From NCBI RefSeq assembly GCF_041248615.1, contig NZ_CP158426.1: a stretch of 64,000 nt of DNA; one strand, written 5' to 3'. The notes beneath the pieces were generated by a model, which ran no database searches, had not been told where the DNA came from, and saw only the letters and a program-made list of their open reading frames with translations. Origin of the DNA: Escherichia coli. Its GTDB lineage: Bacteria; Pseudomonadota; Gammaproteobacteria; Enterobacterales; Enterobacteriaceae. Numbering within the stretch: position 1 is the first letter of the stretch; each line of letters begins with the position of its first letter. Positions 27,071 through 40,741 of this stretch are shown piece after piece. The position numbers were made by a program, and so were the translations under genes.

Positions 27071-28048
27071 TTATGCCCGGTCAACGCTAAAGGCGATGAC
27101 TTCAGCCAGTGTCTCCGCGCCCAGCGCCAACATCACCAGACGATCAACACCTAATGCCACGCCGGAACAGTCAGGCATACCGACTTTCAAGGCTTCAATC
27201 AGATTCTGGTCAATGGGGTGCTGCGGCAAACCGCGCGCCGCGCGCTTACGGTTATCTTGTTCAAAGCGTTGTTGCTGCTCACGGGCATCCGTCAATTCAT
27301 GGAAACCATTCGCCAGCTCAATACCTTTATAATAAACCTCAAAGCGTTCAGCGACCCGATGATCTTCGGTACTGATTTGCGCCAGTGATGCCTGGCTGGC
27401 TGGAAAGTGGTACACAAAGGTCGGTTTTTCTTTACCAATATTTGGCTCTACGCCAAAGGTAAACAGCAATTGTAGCAACGTGTCGCGGTCTTCTTCGGTA
27501 TCTGCAACGTTGCTCAAATCCAGTTTCGCTGCCACTTCCCGCAGTTGCATTTTGTCGGCAGAGAGTGGGTCAATTTCCAGATAACGCAAGAAAGCTTGTT
27601 GATAAGAAAGGCTTTCTGCTGCCGGGCAGTCCAGCACCTGTTGTAAGAGATCGTCCACCTCGTTCATCAACCGGTACATATCATAGTGCGGTCGATACCA
27701 CTCAAGCATAGTGAACTCAGGGTTGTGATAACGCCCCATCTCTTCATTACGGAAGCTGCGGCACAGCTGGAATACCGGCCCACAACCAGCAACCAGCAGG
27801 CGTTTCATATGGTATTCCGGGCTGGTCATTAACCAGAGATTCATCCCCTGCGAATGCCCAGGGCCAACGAAACGTGTCTCAAACGGGACCAAATGAATAT
27901 CGGTTACCGTCGCCTGGCTCATACAAGGCGTCTCCACCTCCAGCACTCCACGATCGGCAAAGAAACGACGGATCTCCGCCATAATCGCCGCGCGTTTTAA
28001 TAAGTTAGGAATGGATGCGCTCGGCTGCCAGGATGCCGTTTCGCTCAT
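27071..28048 (-). CDS. epmA: EF-P Lys34 beta-lysyltransferase EpmA (325 aa from ATG at 28048)
   Basis: Translation [30 protein letters not shown]... (class II aaRS-like catalytic core without an anticodon-binding domain); matches PoxA/EpmA. Confidence 0.95.
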   Translation of the reverse strand: MSETASWQPSASIPNLLKRAAIMAEIRRFFADRGVLEVETPCMSQATVTDIHLVPFETRFVGPGHSQGMNLWLMTSPEYHMKRLLVAGCGPVFQLCRSFRNEEMGRYHNPEFTMLEWYRPHYDMYRLMNEVDDLLQQVLDCPAAESLSYQQAFLRYLEIDPLSADKMQLREVAAKLDLSNVADTEEDRDTLLQLLFTFGVEPNIGKEKPTFVYHFPASQASLAQISTEDHRVAERFEVYYKGIELANGFHELTDAREQQQRFEQDNRKRAARGLPQHPIDQNLIEALKVGMPDCSGVALGVDRLVMLALGAETLAEVIAFSVDRA

Positions 28049-28220
28049 AGTTAAATCTCCAGTTTTTGACAAGGGCACGAAGTCTACTCGCAACGCGACG
28101 GCGAGACAAATTTTACGCAGGAATCAAACAAGGGTGGGCAGTGACTAAAAAAAGCACGATCTGATGGTTTAGTAATTAAATTAATCATCTTCAGTGATAA
28201 TTTAGCCCTCTTGCGCACTA

Positions 28221-28270
28221 AAAAAATCGATCTCGTCAAATTTCAGACTTATCCATCAGACTATACTGTT
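28221..28270 (+). promoter_or_regulatory. frdABCD promoter region with an FNR-box-like element and a -10 hexamer
   Basis: Sequence aaaaaTCGATCTCGTCAAAttt (28221-28243) resembles the FNR box TTGAT-N4-ATCAA; TATACT at 28263-28268 sits about 30 bp downstream of its centre, consistent with a class II FNR-activated promoter. Exact half-site register not resolved. Confidence 0.5.
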
Positions 28271-28372
28271 GTACCTATAAAGGAGCAGTGGAATAGCGTT
28301 CGCAGACCGTAACTTTCAGGCACTTACCCTGAAGTACGGGGCTGTGGGATAAAAACAATCTGGAGGAATGTC

Positions 28373-30173
28373 GTGCAAACCTTTCAAGCCGATCTTGCCA
28401 TTGTAGGCGCCGGTGGCGCGGGATTACGTGCTGCAATTGCTGCCGCGCAGGCAAATCCAAATGCAAAAATCGCACTAATCTCAAAAGTATACCCGATGCG
28501 TAGCCATACCGTTGCTGCAGAAGGGGGCTCCGCCGCTGTCGCGCAGGATCATGACAGCTTCGAATATCACTTTCACGATACAGTAGCGGGTGGCGACTGG
28601 TTGTGTGAGCAGGATGTCGTGGATTATTTCGTCCACCACTGCCCAACCGAAATGACCCAACTGGAACTGTGGGGATGCCCATGGAGCCGTCGCCCGGATG
28701 GTAGCGTCAACGTACGTCGCTTCGGCGGCATGAAAATCGAGCGTACCTGGTTCGCCGCCGATAAGACCGGCTTCCATATGCTGCACACGCTGTTCCAGAC
28801 CTCTCTGCAATTCCCGCAGATCCAGCGTTTTGACGAACATTTCGTGCTGGATATTCTGGTTGATGATGGTCATGTTCGCGGCCTGGTAGCAATGAACATG
28901 ATGGAAGGCACGCTGGTGCAGATCCGTGCTAACGCGGTCGTTATGGCTACCGGCGGTGCAGGTCGCGTTTATCGTTACAACACCAACGGCGGCATCGTTA
29001 CCGGTGACGGTATGGGTATGGCGCTAAGCCACGGCGTTCCGCTGCGTGACATGGAATTCGTTCAGTATCACCCAACCGGTCTGCCAGGTTCCGGTATCCT
29101 GATGACCGAAGGCTGCCGCGGTGAAGGCGGTATTCTGGTCAACAAAAATGGCTACCGTTATCTGCAAGATTACGGCATGGGCCCGGAAACTCCGCTGGGC
29201 GAGCCGAAAAACAAATATATGGAACTGGGTCCACGCGACAAAGTTTCTCAGGCCTTCTGGCACGAATGGCGTAAAGGCAACACCATCTCCACGCCGCGTG
29301 GCGATGTGGTTTATCTCGACCTGCGTCACCTCGGCGAGAAAAAACTGCATGAACGTCTGCCGTTCATCTGCGAACTGGCGAAAGCGTACGTTGGCGTCGA
29401 TCCGGTTAAAGAACCGATTCCGGTACGTCCGACCGCACACTACACCATGGGCGGTATCGAAACCGATCAGAACTGTGAAACCCGCATTAAAGGTCTGTTC
29501 GCCGTGGGTGAATGTTCCTCTGTTGGTCTGCACGGTGCAAACCGTCTGGGCTCCAACTCCCTGGCGGAACTGGTGGTCTTCGGCCGTCTGGCCGGTGAAC
29601 AAGCGACAGAGCGTGCAGCAACTGCCGGTAATGGCAACGAAGCGGCAATTGAAGCGCAGGCAGCTGGCGTTGAACAACGTCTGAAAGATCTGGTTAACCA
29701 GGATGGCGGCGAAAACTGGGCGAAGATCCGCGACGAAATGGGCCTGGCTATGGAAGAAGGTTGCGGTATCTACCGTACGCCGGAACTGATGCAGAAAACC
29801 ATCGACAAGCTGGCAGAGCTGCAGGAACGCTTCAAGCGCGTGCGCATCACTGACACTTCCAGCGTGTTCAACACCGACCTGCTCTACACCATTGAACTGG
29901 GCCACGGTCTGAACGTTGCTGAATGTATGGCGCACTCCGCAATGGCACGTAAAGAGTCCCGCGGCGCACACCAGCGTCTGGACGAAGGTTGCACCGAGCG
30001 TGACGACGTCAACTTCCTCAAACACACCCTCGCCTTCCGCGATGCTGATGGCACGACTCGCCTGGAGTACAGCGACGTGAAAATTACTACGCTGCCGCCA
30101 GCTAAACGTGTTTACGGTGGCGAAGCGGATGCAGCCGATAAGGCGGAAGCAGCCAATAAGAAGGAGAAGGCGA

Positions 30174-30181
<8 letters not shown>
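28373..30181 (+). CDS. frdA: Fumarate reductase flavoprotein subunit FrdA (602 aa, GTG start)
   Basis: Translation (V/M)[28 protein letters not shown]... (FAD-binding Rossmann fold); full-length match. Confidence 0.97.
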
Positions 30182-31314
<1,133 letters not shown>

Positions 31315-31324
31315 GGAGCCTGAG

Positions 31325-32880
<1,556 letters not shown>

Positions 32881-32968
32881 AATTTCATCGGGTCCGAATT
32901 TTTGGACCTTTTCTCCGCTTTTCCTTGCTGTCATCTACACTTAGAAAAAAACCAGTAAGGAAACATTT

Positions 32969-33502
32969 ATGCGCCTGCTCCCTCTCGTTGCCGCAGCGAC
33001 AGCTGCATTTCTGGTCGTTGCCTGCAGTTCTCCTACGCCGCCCCGTGGCGTGACAGTAGTGAATAATTTCGATGCTAAACGCTATCTCGGTACCTGGTAT
33101 GAGATTGCCCGTTTTGATCACCGCTTTGAACGTGGACTGGAAAAAGTCACCGCAACATACAGCCTGCGGGATGACGGCGGCCTGAATGTCATTAATAAAG
33201 GCTATAACCCTGACAGAGAAATGTGGCAGCAGAGTGAAGGGAAAGCGTACTTTACCGGCGCACCAACTCGCGCTGCGCTGAAAGTGTCATTCTTTGGTCC
33301 TTTCTATGGCGGTTATAACGTTATTGCACTCGATCGGGAATACCGCCATGCGCTGGTTTGCGGCCCGGACCGCGACTACCTGTGGATACTCTCCCGCACG
33401 CCAACCATTTCTGACGAAGTGAAACAGGAGATGCTGGCAGTCGCGACCCGGGAAGGGTTTGATGTCAGTAAGTTTATTTGGGTACAGCAGCCCGGTAGTT
33501 AG
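32969..33502 (+). CDS. blc: Outer-membrane lipocalin lipoprotein Blc (177 aa)
   Basis: Translation with lipobox LVVAC and a lipocalin fold signature; matches Blc. Its stop codon overlaps the sugE stop codon on the opposite strand by 2 nt. Confidence 0.9.
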   Translation: MRLLPLVAAATAAFLVVACSSPTPPRGVTVVNNFDAKRYLGTWYEIARFDHRFERGLEKVTATYSLRDDGGLNVINKGYNPDREMWQQSEGKAYFTGAPTRAALKVSFFGPFYGGYNVIALDREYRHALVCGPDRDYLWILSRTPTISDEVKQEMLAVATREGFDVSKFIWVQQPGS

Positions 33503-33816
33503 TGAGTGCTGAGTTTCAGACCAATAATCCCCAATACGATTAACGCCAGACTCGCCAGGCGCATCGGGTTAGCGGACTCGCCGAGCAGCACAATGCCGGT
33601 GATGGCCGCGCCGACTGCGCCAATACCCGTCCACACGGCATAAGCCGTCCCTACTGGTAACGATTTCATCGCCCAGGCAAGTAGCGCCATACTGACAATC
33701 ATCGCCGTCACAGTAATAACACTTGGCGTCAAACGACTAAAGCCGTGGGTATATTTCAGGCCAACGGCCCATACCACTTCCAGCAGACCAGCAATAACTA
33801 AGATAATCCAGGACAT
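33499..33816 (-). CDS. sugE: SMR-family guanidinium exporter Gdx/SugE (105 aa from ATG at 33816)
   Basis: Translation [29 protein letters not shown]... (four-TM SMR protein with conserved Glu); the ORF track extends it to 126 aa from an upstream alternative start. Confidence 0.9.
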   Translation of the reverse strand: MSWIILVIAGLLEVVWAVGLKYTHGFSRLTPSVITVTAMIVSMALLAWAMKSLPVGTAYAVWTGIGAVGAAITGIVLLGESANPMRLASLALIVLGIIGLKLSTH

Positions 33817-33832
33817 ATCAGGCTCCGGAGAA

Positions 33833-33882
33833 TTGGGGCCGTCCCCGGTGAAAAGAGGCGTTTGCAGGTCGTCCTGCAAAGC
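33833..33882 (-). promoter_or_regulatory. Guanidine-II (mini-ykkC)-like riboswitch in the sugE 5' leader
   Basis: The minus strand reads TTTGCAGG-ACGA-CCTGCAAA, a 14-nt linker, then GGGG-ACGG-CCCC: two GC-rich hairpins each capped by an ACGR tetraloop, ending ~17 nt upstream of the sugE ATG. Confidence 0.55.
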
Positions 33883-33946
33883 TGATGGTTGAACGGATAT
33901 TTTGCCAGGTGGCAGGGGAATTTCAACTATTACCTTTGTGACTATC

Positions 33947-33985
33947 GCAAAAAAACAAACGGCACGACATAACTGTCGTACCGTT
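33947..33985 (-). terminator. Rho-independent terminator downstream of ecnB
   Basis: The minus strand reads acggtacgacagttatgtcgtgccgt followed by TTGTTTTTTTGC. Confidence 0.6.
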
Positions 33986-33990
33986 ATTGC

Positions 33991-34137
33991 TTACTGCTGC
34001 GCTTTCGTTGCTGCGCCAGAAATCGCGTTACCGCCATCAGAAATGTCTTCACCAACGCCACGCGTGGTGTTGCAGGCAGTTAATACTGTTGAAAGCACCA
34101 GAACAGAAAAGATCGCTGCAATTGTCTTCTTCACCAT
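33991..34137 (-). CDS. ecnB: Entericidin B lipoprotein (48 aa)
   Basis: Hand translation [48 protein letters not shown]; lipobox LTAC. Below the 60-aa ORF-track cutoff. Confidence 0.85.
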
Positions 34138-34247
34138 AACGTCTTCCTTTTAGGTAATGTTATTTATGTTTGCCTATAGCAAATTAATAATAGACAACAT
34201 CACCAAAAATGATGGAAATCTGATGATTTTTCGGAAGAGAAGAAAAA

Positions 34248-34373
34248 TTAGCTGGCAGCGCGGGAGATGGAATTACCGAGATGTTTAATGTCTTCACCAA
34301 AACCGCGAGCGGTGTTACAGCCCGTGAGCAGCGCACTGGCAAGCAAAACAAGAACGATAAGGCGTTTCATCAT
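34248..34373 (-). CDS. ecnA: Entericidin A lipoprotein (41 aa)
   Basis: Hand translation MMKRLIVLVLLASALLTGCNTARGFGEDIKHLGNSISRAAS; lipobox LTGC; paralogous to ecnB. Below the ORF-track cutoff. Confidence 0.85.
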   Translation of the reverse strand: MMKRLIVLVLLASALLTGCNTARGFGEDIKHLGNSISRAAS

Positions 34374-34424
34374 CTCTGACCTGAATAAGTGATGGTGCAG
34401 CCTGCAGGCCGCACCACAACCGCA

Positions 34425-34991
34425 TTACTTCACGCGAGAGACGTATTCACCAGAGCGGGTATCCACTTTGATGACTTCGCCGATTTGTACAAACAGCGGA
34501 ACTTTAACCACAGCGCCAGTAGACAGGGTAGCCGGTTTGCCGCCAGTACCTGCGGTATCACCTTTCAGGCCCGGATCGGTATCCACGATTTCCAGTTCAA
34601 CGAAGTTCGGCGGAGTAACGGAGATCGGCTGACCATTCCACAGAGTTACGATACACTCTGCCTGATCCAGCAGCCATTTAGCGTTGTCGCCAATTGCTTT
34701 TGCATCAGCAGACAGCTGCTCGAAAGTTTCGTTGTTCATGAAGTGCCAGAACTCACCGTCGTTGTACAGGTAAGTCAGGTTCATATCGACAACATCAGCG
34801 CCTTCAGCGGAATCAGTAGATTTGAAGGTTTTTTCTACGCGAGTACCGGTCAGCAGACGACGCAGTTTAACGCGAGCAAATGCCTGGCCTTTACCCGGTT
34901 TTACGAATTCACTCGCTTCAACCGCGTAAGGTTCGCCGTCTAACATGATTTTAAGACCAGCACGAAAATCGTTGCTATAGTACGTTGCCAT
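34425..34991 (-). CDS. efp: Translation elongation factor P (188 aa)
   Basis: Translation [47 protein letters not shown]... including the KPGKG loop carrying the modified Lys34. Confidence 0.97.
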
Positions 34992-35032
34992 AAGGCCCTC
35001 TGAAATTTGTTAATTGGTAGCTAAGCCACAAA

Positions 35033-36061
35033 ATGGCGCATATTGTAACCCTAAATACCCCATCCAGAGAAGATTGGTTAACGCAACTTGCCGATGTTGT
35101 GACCGATCCTGATGAACTTCTGCGTCTTTTGAATATAGACGCGGACGAAAAACTGTTGGCCGGACGCAGCGCCAAAAAGCTGTTTGCCCTGCGTGTGCCC
35201 CGCTCATTTATCGATCGCATGGAGAAAGGCAATCCGAACGATCCGCTTTTGCGTCAGGTAATTACCTCGCAAGATGAGTTTGTCGTCGCGCCCGGATTCT
35301 CCACCGACCCGCTGGAAGAACAGCACAGCGTAGTGCCAGGTTTGTTGCATAAATACCACAACCGGGCGCTTTTGCTGGTCAAAGGCGGCTGCGCGGTAAA
35401 TTGCCGCTATTGCTTCCGTCGCCACTTCCCCTATGCCGAAAATCAGGGCAACAAGCGTAACTGGCAAACTGCACTTGAGTATGTTGCTGCGCATCCGGAA
35501 CTGGACGAGATGATTTTCTCCGGCGGCGATCCGCTGATGGCGAAAGATCACGAGCTGGACTGGTTGCTCACACAACTGGAAGCCATCCCGCATATCAAAC
35601 GTCTGCGGATTCACAGCCGTCTGCCGATTGTGATCCCGGCACGCATCACAGATGCGCTGGTTGAACACTTTTCACATTCTACGCTGCAAATCTTGCTGGT
35701 GAATCACATCAACCATGCCAATGAGGTAGATGAAACATTCCGTCAGGCGATGGCTAAGTTGCGCCGGGTAGGCGTTACTTTGCTGAACCAGAGCGTTCTG
35801 TTACGTGGTGTGAACGATAACGCGCAAACGCTGGCAAACCTGAGTAATGCGTTGTTCGATGCGGGCGTGATGCCGTATTACCTGCATGTGCTCGATAAAG
35901 TACAGGGCGCGGCGCATTTTATGGTGAGTGATGACGAAGCACGGCAGATTATGCGTGAGTTGCTGACACTGGTGTCGGGATATCTGGTGCCTAAACTGGC
36001 GCGAGAAATTGGCGGCGAACCCAGCAAAACGCCGCTGGATCTCCAGCTACGCCAGCAGTAA
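35033..36061 (+). CDS. epmB: EF-P lysine 2,3-aminomutase EpmB (342 aa)
   Basis: Translation with radical-SAM CxxxCxxC (CAVNCRYCFRRHF); matches YjeK/EpmB, divergent from efp. Confidence 0.95.
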   Translation: MAHIVTLNTPSREDWLTQLADVVTDPDELLRLLNIDADEKLLAGRSAKKLFALRVPRSFIDRMEKGNPNDPLLRQVITSQDEFVVAPGFSTDPLEEQHSVVPGLLHKYHNRALLLVKGGCAVNCRYCFRRHFPYAENQGNKRNWQTALEYVAAHPELDEMIFSGGDPLMAKDHELDWLLTQLEAIPHIKRLRIHSRLPIVIPARITDALVEHFSHSTLQILLVNHINHANEVDETFRQAMAKLRRVGVTLLNQSVLLRGVNDNAQTLANLSNALFDAGVMPYYLHVLDKVQGAAHFMVSDDEARQIMRELLTLVSGYLVPKLAREIGGEPSKTPLDLQLRQQ

Positions 36062-36355
36062 CTGATTAAACAGGGAAGTTTAATCTTTGCACGTTGCATA
36101 ACCTTTAATTATTCATATACATTGCTGTTATTACTTTTTATATAACCAACACCAATAATTAACCTTTCTTTTCTGTTTATATAGAGTGAGCACGGCTATT
36201 TATGTTATTTTAACAACTATTACTACCAAGCCCATTTATCTGGCTTATAAATTAAAATTAATTATTTAATTGAGAAATGGTTAGGGAGAACCTACATGGC
36301 CATAAGCATCAAGGGTGTTAATACCGGTGTTATTCGCAAGAGCAATAATTTCATT

Positions 36356-36364
36356 GCACTGGCG
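36356..36364. repeat. IS1 target-site duplication, left copy (GCACTGGCG)
   Basis: 9-bp sequence immediately flanking the IS1 end at 36365, identical to 37133-37141. Confidence 0.9.
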
Positions 36365-36379
36365 GGTAATGACTCCAAC

Positions 36380-36883
36380 TTATTGATAGTGTTTTATGTT
36401 CAGATAATGCCCGATGACTTTGTCATGCAGCTCCACCGATTTTGAGAACGACAGCGACTTCCGTCCCAGCCGTGCCAGGTGCTGCCTCAGATTCAGGTTA
36501 TGCCGCTCAATTCGCTGCGTATATCGCTTGCTGATTACGTGCAGCTTTCCCTTCAGGCGGGATTCATACAGCGGCCAGCCATCCGTCATCCATATCACCA
36601 CGTCAAAGGGTGACAGCAGGCTCATAAGACGCCCCAGCGTCGCCATAGTGCGTTCACCGAATACGTGCGCAACAACCGTCTTCCGGAGCCTGTCATACGC
36701 GTAAAACAGCCAGCGCTGGCGCGATTTAGCCCCGACGTATCCCCACTGTTCGTCCATTTCCGCGCAGACGATGACGTCACTGCCCGGCTGTATGCGCGAG
36801 GTTACCGACTGCGGCCTGAGTTTTTTAAATGGCGGAAAATCGTGTTGAGGCCAACGCCCATAATGCGGGCGGTTGCCCGGCAT
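36380..36883 (-). CDS. insB: IS1 InsB reading frame (167 aa; expressed as an InsAB' fusion by -1 frameshifting)
   Basis: ORF translation [64 protein letters not shown]... matches IS1 InsB. Confidence 0.95.
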   Translation of the reverse strand: MPGNRPHYGRWPQHDFPPFKKLRPQSVTSRIQPGSDVIVCAEMDEQWGYVGAKSRQRWLFYAYDRLRKTVVAHVFGERTMATLGRLMSLLSPFDVVIWMTDGWPLYESRLKGKLHVISKRYTQRIERHNLNLRQHLARLGRKSLSFSKSVELHDKVIGHYLNIKHYQ

Positions 36884-37077
36884 CCAACGCCATTCATGGC
36901 CATATCAATGATTTTCTGGTGCGTACCGGGTTGAGAAGCGGTGTAAGTGAACTGCAGTTGCCATGTTTTACGGCAGTGAGAGCAGAGATAGCGCTGATGT
37001 CCGGCAGTGCTTTTGCCGTTACGCACCACCCCGTCAGTAGCTGAACAGGAGGGACAGCTGATAGAAACAGAAGCCAC
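36802..37077 (-). CDS. insA: IS1 InsA (91 aa) transposition inhibitor / N-terminal part of the transposase
   Basis: ORF translation [43 protein letters not shown]... matches IS1 InsA (zinc-finger plus HTH). Confidence 0.95.
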   Translation of the reverse strand: MASVSISCPSCSATDGVVRNGKSTAGHQRYLCSHCRKTWQLQFTYTASQPGTHQKIIDMAMNGVGCRATARIMGVGLNTIFRHLKNSGRSR

Positions 37078-37132
37078 TGGAGCACCTCAAAAACACCATC
37101 ATACACTAAATCAGTAAGTTGGCAGCATCACC

Positions 37133-37141
37133 GCACTGGCG
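37133..37141. repeat. IS1 target-site duplication, right copy (GCACTGGCG)
   Basis: Identical 9 bp to 36356-36364, directly abutting the other IS1 end. Confidence 0.9.
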
Positions 37142-37991
37142 CTGAAAATTAAAGAGCCTCGCAATAAAGAATCGTTGTTCTTTCTGTCTGTCATGGAACT
37201 GCGCGACCTTCTGATTGCGCTGGAAAGCCGTTTGCATCAAAAGCATAAACTGGATGCTGCTGCACGCCTTCAGTATGAGCAAGCTCGCGATAAAGTCATT
37301 AAGAAAATGGCAGAAAATATCCCAGAAATTCTGGTTGATGAGCTTAAAAATGCCGATATTAATCGTCGGGTTAACACGCTGGAACTTACCGATAATCAGG
37401 GTGAAAATCTTACCTTCGTATTAACGCTACATGACGGTAGCAAATGTGAATTAGTCATCAATGAATTGCAGATTGAAATGCTGGCGCGAGCAATCATTCA
37501 TGCAATTAATAATGCGGAAATGCGTGAACTGGCATTACGTATTACCTCACTGTTAGATTTCCTACCGTTATACGATGTTGACTGCCAGGACAATGGCAAT
37601 CTGGAATATGACACCTATTCCCAACCGGAATGGAAACATAACTTGTTCAACCATTATCTGGCGGTGCTTTACCGCTTTAAAGATGAAAGTGGCAAAGAAC
37701 AATTTAGCGGCGCAGTGGTGAAAACGCGTGAAGCAACGCCGGGTAAAGAAGTGGAGGCGATCACTCGACGAATGCTTGATTTCAGCCCACGACTGAAAAA
37801 ACTCGCGGGTGTACCATGTCAGGTCTATGTTCGCACCGTAGCGGCAAATAACGCCCAACCGCTAACCCAGGATCAATGCTTACGCGCGCTACATCACTTA
37901 CGTGTTCAATCCACCAGCAAAACTGCACCACAGGCGAAATAATCCCATCTGTTTTACTACGAGGCTGGAAGTATCCAGCCTCTGGATCCCA

Positions 37992-38345
37992 TCAGTTCGG
38001 GCACTTATATACCTGGCCGATAATCTGGCTATCCGTCGGGACAAAACTGGACAACATCCCCTGCGACGGGCTGCTGATGCCATAAATCACGTTACCGCCC
38101 ATTGCAGCAGCCTGGTTGCGCAGATCGTTTGCTGCGCCGCGCATAGAACCGCCCTCTTCACCGTGTTGCCCGGAAAGCCAGTTGCTTTGCTTACCTGTCG
38201 CAGTACCAATCAGCTGGCACTCTGCGCCTGGCTGCTCGTCCACAATGCGTACACTCTGACCGGCAGCACTCAATTCGTTGCTGGAGCTACAACCCGCCAT
38301 CAGTAGCGCGGCACCGACAATCCCTGCTAAGTATTTTACGTGCAT
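37992..38345 (-). CDS. yjeI: Lipoprotein YjeI (DUF4156, 117 aa from ATG at 38345)
   Basis: Translation MHVKYLAGIVGAALLMAGCSSSNELSAAGQ... with lipobox LMAGC; located downstream of groL as in K-12. Confidence 0.85.
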   Translation of the reverse strand: MHVKYLAGIVGAALLMAGCSSSNELSAAGQSVRIVDEQPGAECQLIGTATGKQSNWLSGQHGEEGGSMRGAANDLRNQAAAMGGNVIYGISSPSQGMLSSFVPTDSQIIGQVYKCPN

Positions 38346-38425
38346 GTTATTCCCCATAATCAATGAGCTGGACGCCACTCGCGTCGTCCGTGTCTGAATC
38401 TTATACTAGAAAGATGACCAAAAGA

Positions 38426-38456
38426 AAAACCCCCAGACATTTCTGCCCGGGGGTTT
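38426..38456 (-). terminator. groESL Rho-independent terminator
   Basis: The minus strand reads AAACCCCCGGGCAGAAATGTCTGGGGGTTTTTCTTTTGG (GC-rich hairpin plus T-run), 27 bp after the groL stop. Confidence 0.75.
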
Positions 38457-38482
38457 GTTTATTTCTGCGAGGTGCAGGGCAA

Positions 38483-40141
<1,659 letters not shown>

Positions 40142-40172
40142 TTAAATTCGTATGTTCAGTGTCGTGCGCGGA

Positions 40173-40517
<345 letters not shown>

Positions 40518-40544
40518 TTACGTGGTTTCCCGGCTGGTGACCAG

Positions 40545-40576
40545 AGAAATGGGGATGAGGCTTCGCCCCTTCAAGG
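40545..40576 (-). promoter_or_regulatory. sigma32 (heat-shock) promoter of groESL
   Basis: The minus strand reads CCCCTTGAAggggcgaagcctcatCCCCATTTctc, i.e. CTTGAA -35 and CCCCATTT -10, the rpoH consensus arrangement, ~80 bp upstream of groS. Confidence 0.65.
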
Positions 40577-40741
40577 GGGAAAAAGAAAAAAAATTCTGAT
40601 CAGCACAAAATCGGGTGAAAACCCTGATTCACCTCACATTTCATCGCAATTTCTTCATCACCGTCATAAGCGAATCTGATTGTGCTACCATCGAAAATCT
40701 ACGCAGTTGCCCATAATTTGGGCGCAATCGGACATCAACCC

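Larger units (their letters stand above)
36365..37132 (-). mobile_element. Insertion sequence IS1 (768 bp), transposase genes on the minus strand
   Basis: Terminal sequences GGTAATGACTCCAACTTATTGATAGTG... (36365) and ...CAGTAAGTTGGCAGCATCACC (37132) form the IS1 inverted repeats; contains insA and insB with the A6C frameshift motif (plus coordinates 36820-36826); flanked by a perfect 9-bp direct repeat. Confidence 0.97.
36296..37942 (+). pseudogene. yjeJ: yjeJ interrupted by IS1 after codon 23 (5' fragment 36296-36364; 3' fragment resumes in frame at 37142 and runs to 37942)
   Basis: ATG at 36296 with an upstream GGGAGA RBS encodes MAISIKGVNTGVIRKSNNFIALA and then runs into the IS1 end. After IS1 and the duplicated 9 bp the frame continues LKIKEPRNKESLFFLSVMELRD..., which is the ORF-track 37175-37942 entry. 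Removing IS1 and one repeat copy restores a 289-aa ORF. Confidence 0.8.

Noticed and set aside
29024-30025. 333-aa minus-strand ORF inside frdA
   Set aside because: Antisense shadow ORF of frdA; the plus-strand frame encodes the complete flavoprotein.
33902-34153. 83-aa plus-strand ORF between sugE and ecnA
   Set aside because: Antisense to the hand-verified ecnB mini-gene and its terminator.
37175-37942. 255-aa ORF listed as an independent plus-strand gene
   Set aside because: Not a separate gene: it is the 3' portion of yjeJ displaced from its start codon by the IS1 insertion, and its frame is continuous with the 5' fragment once IS1 and one repeat are removed.
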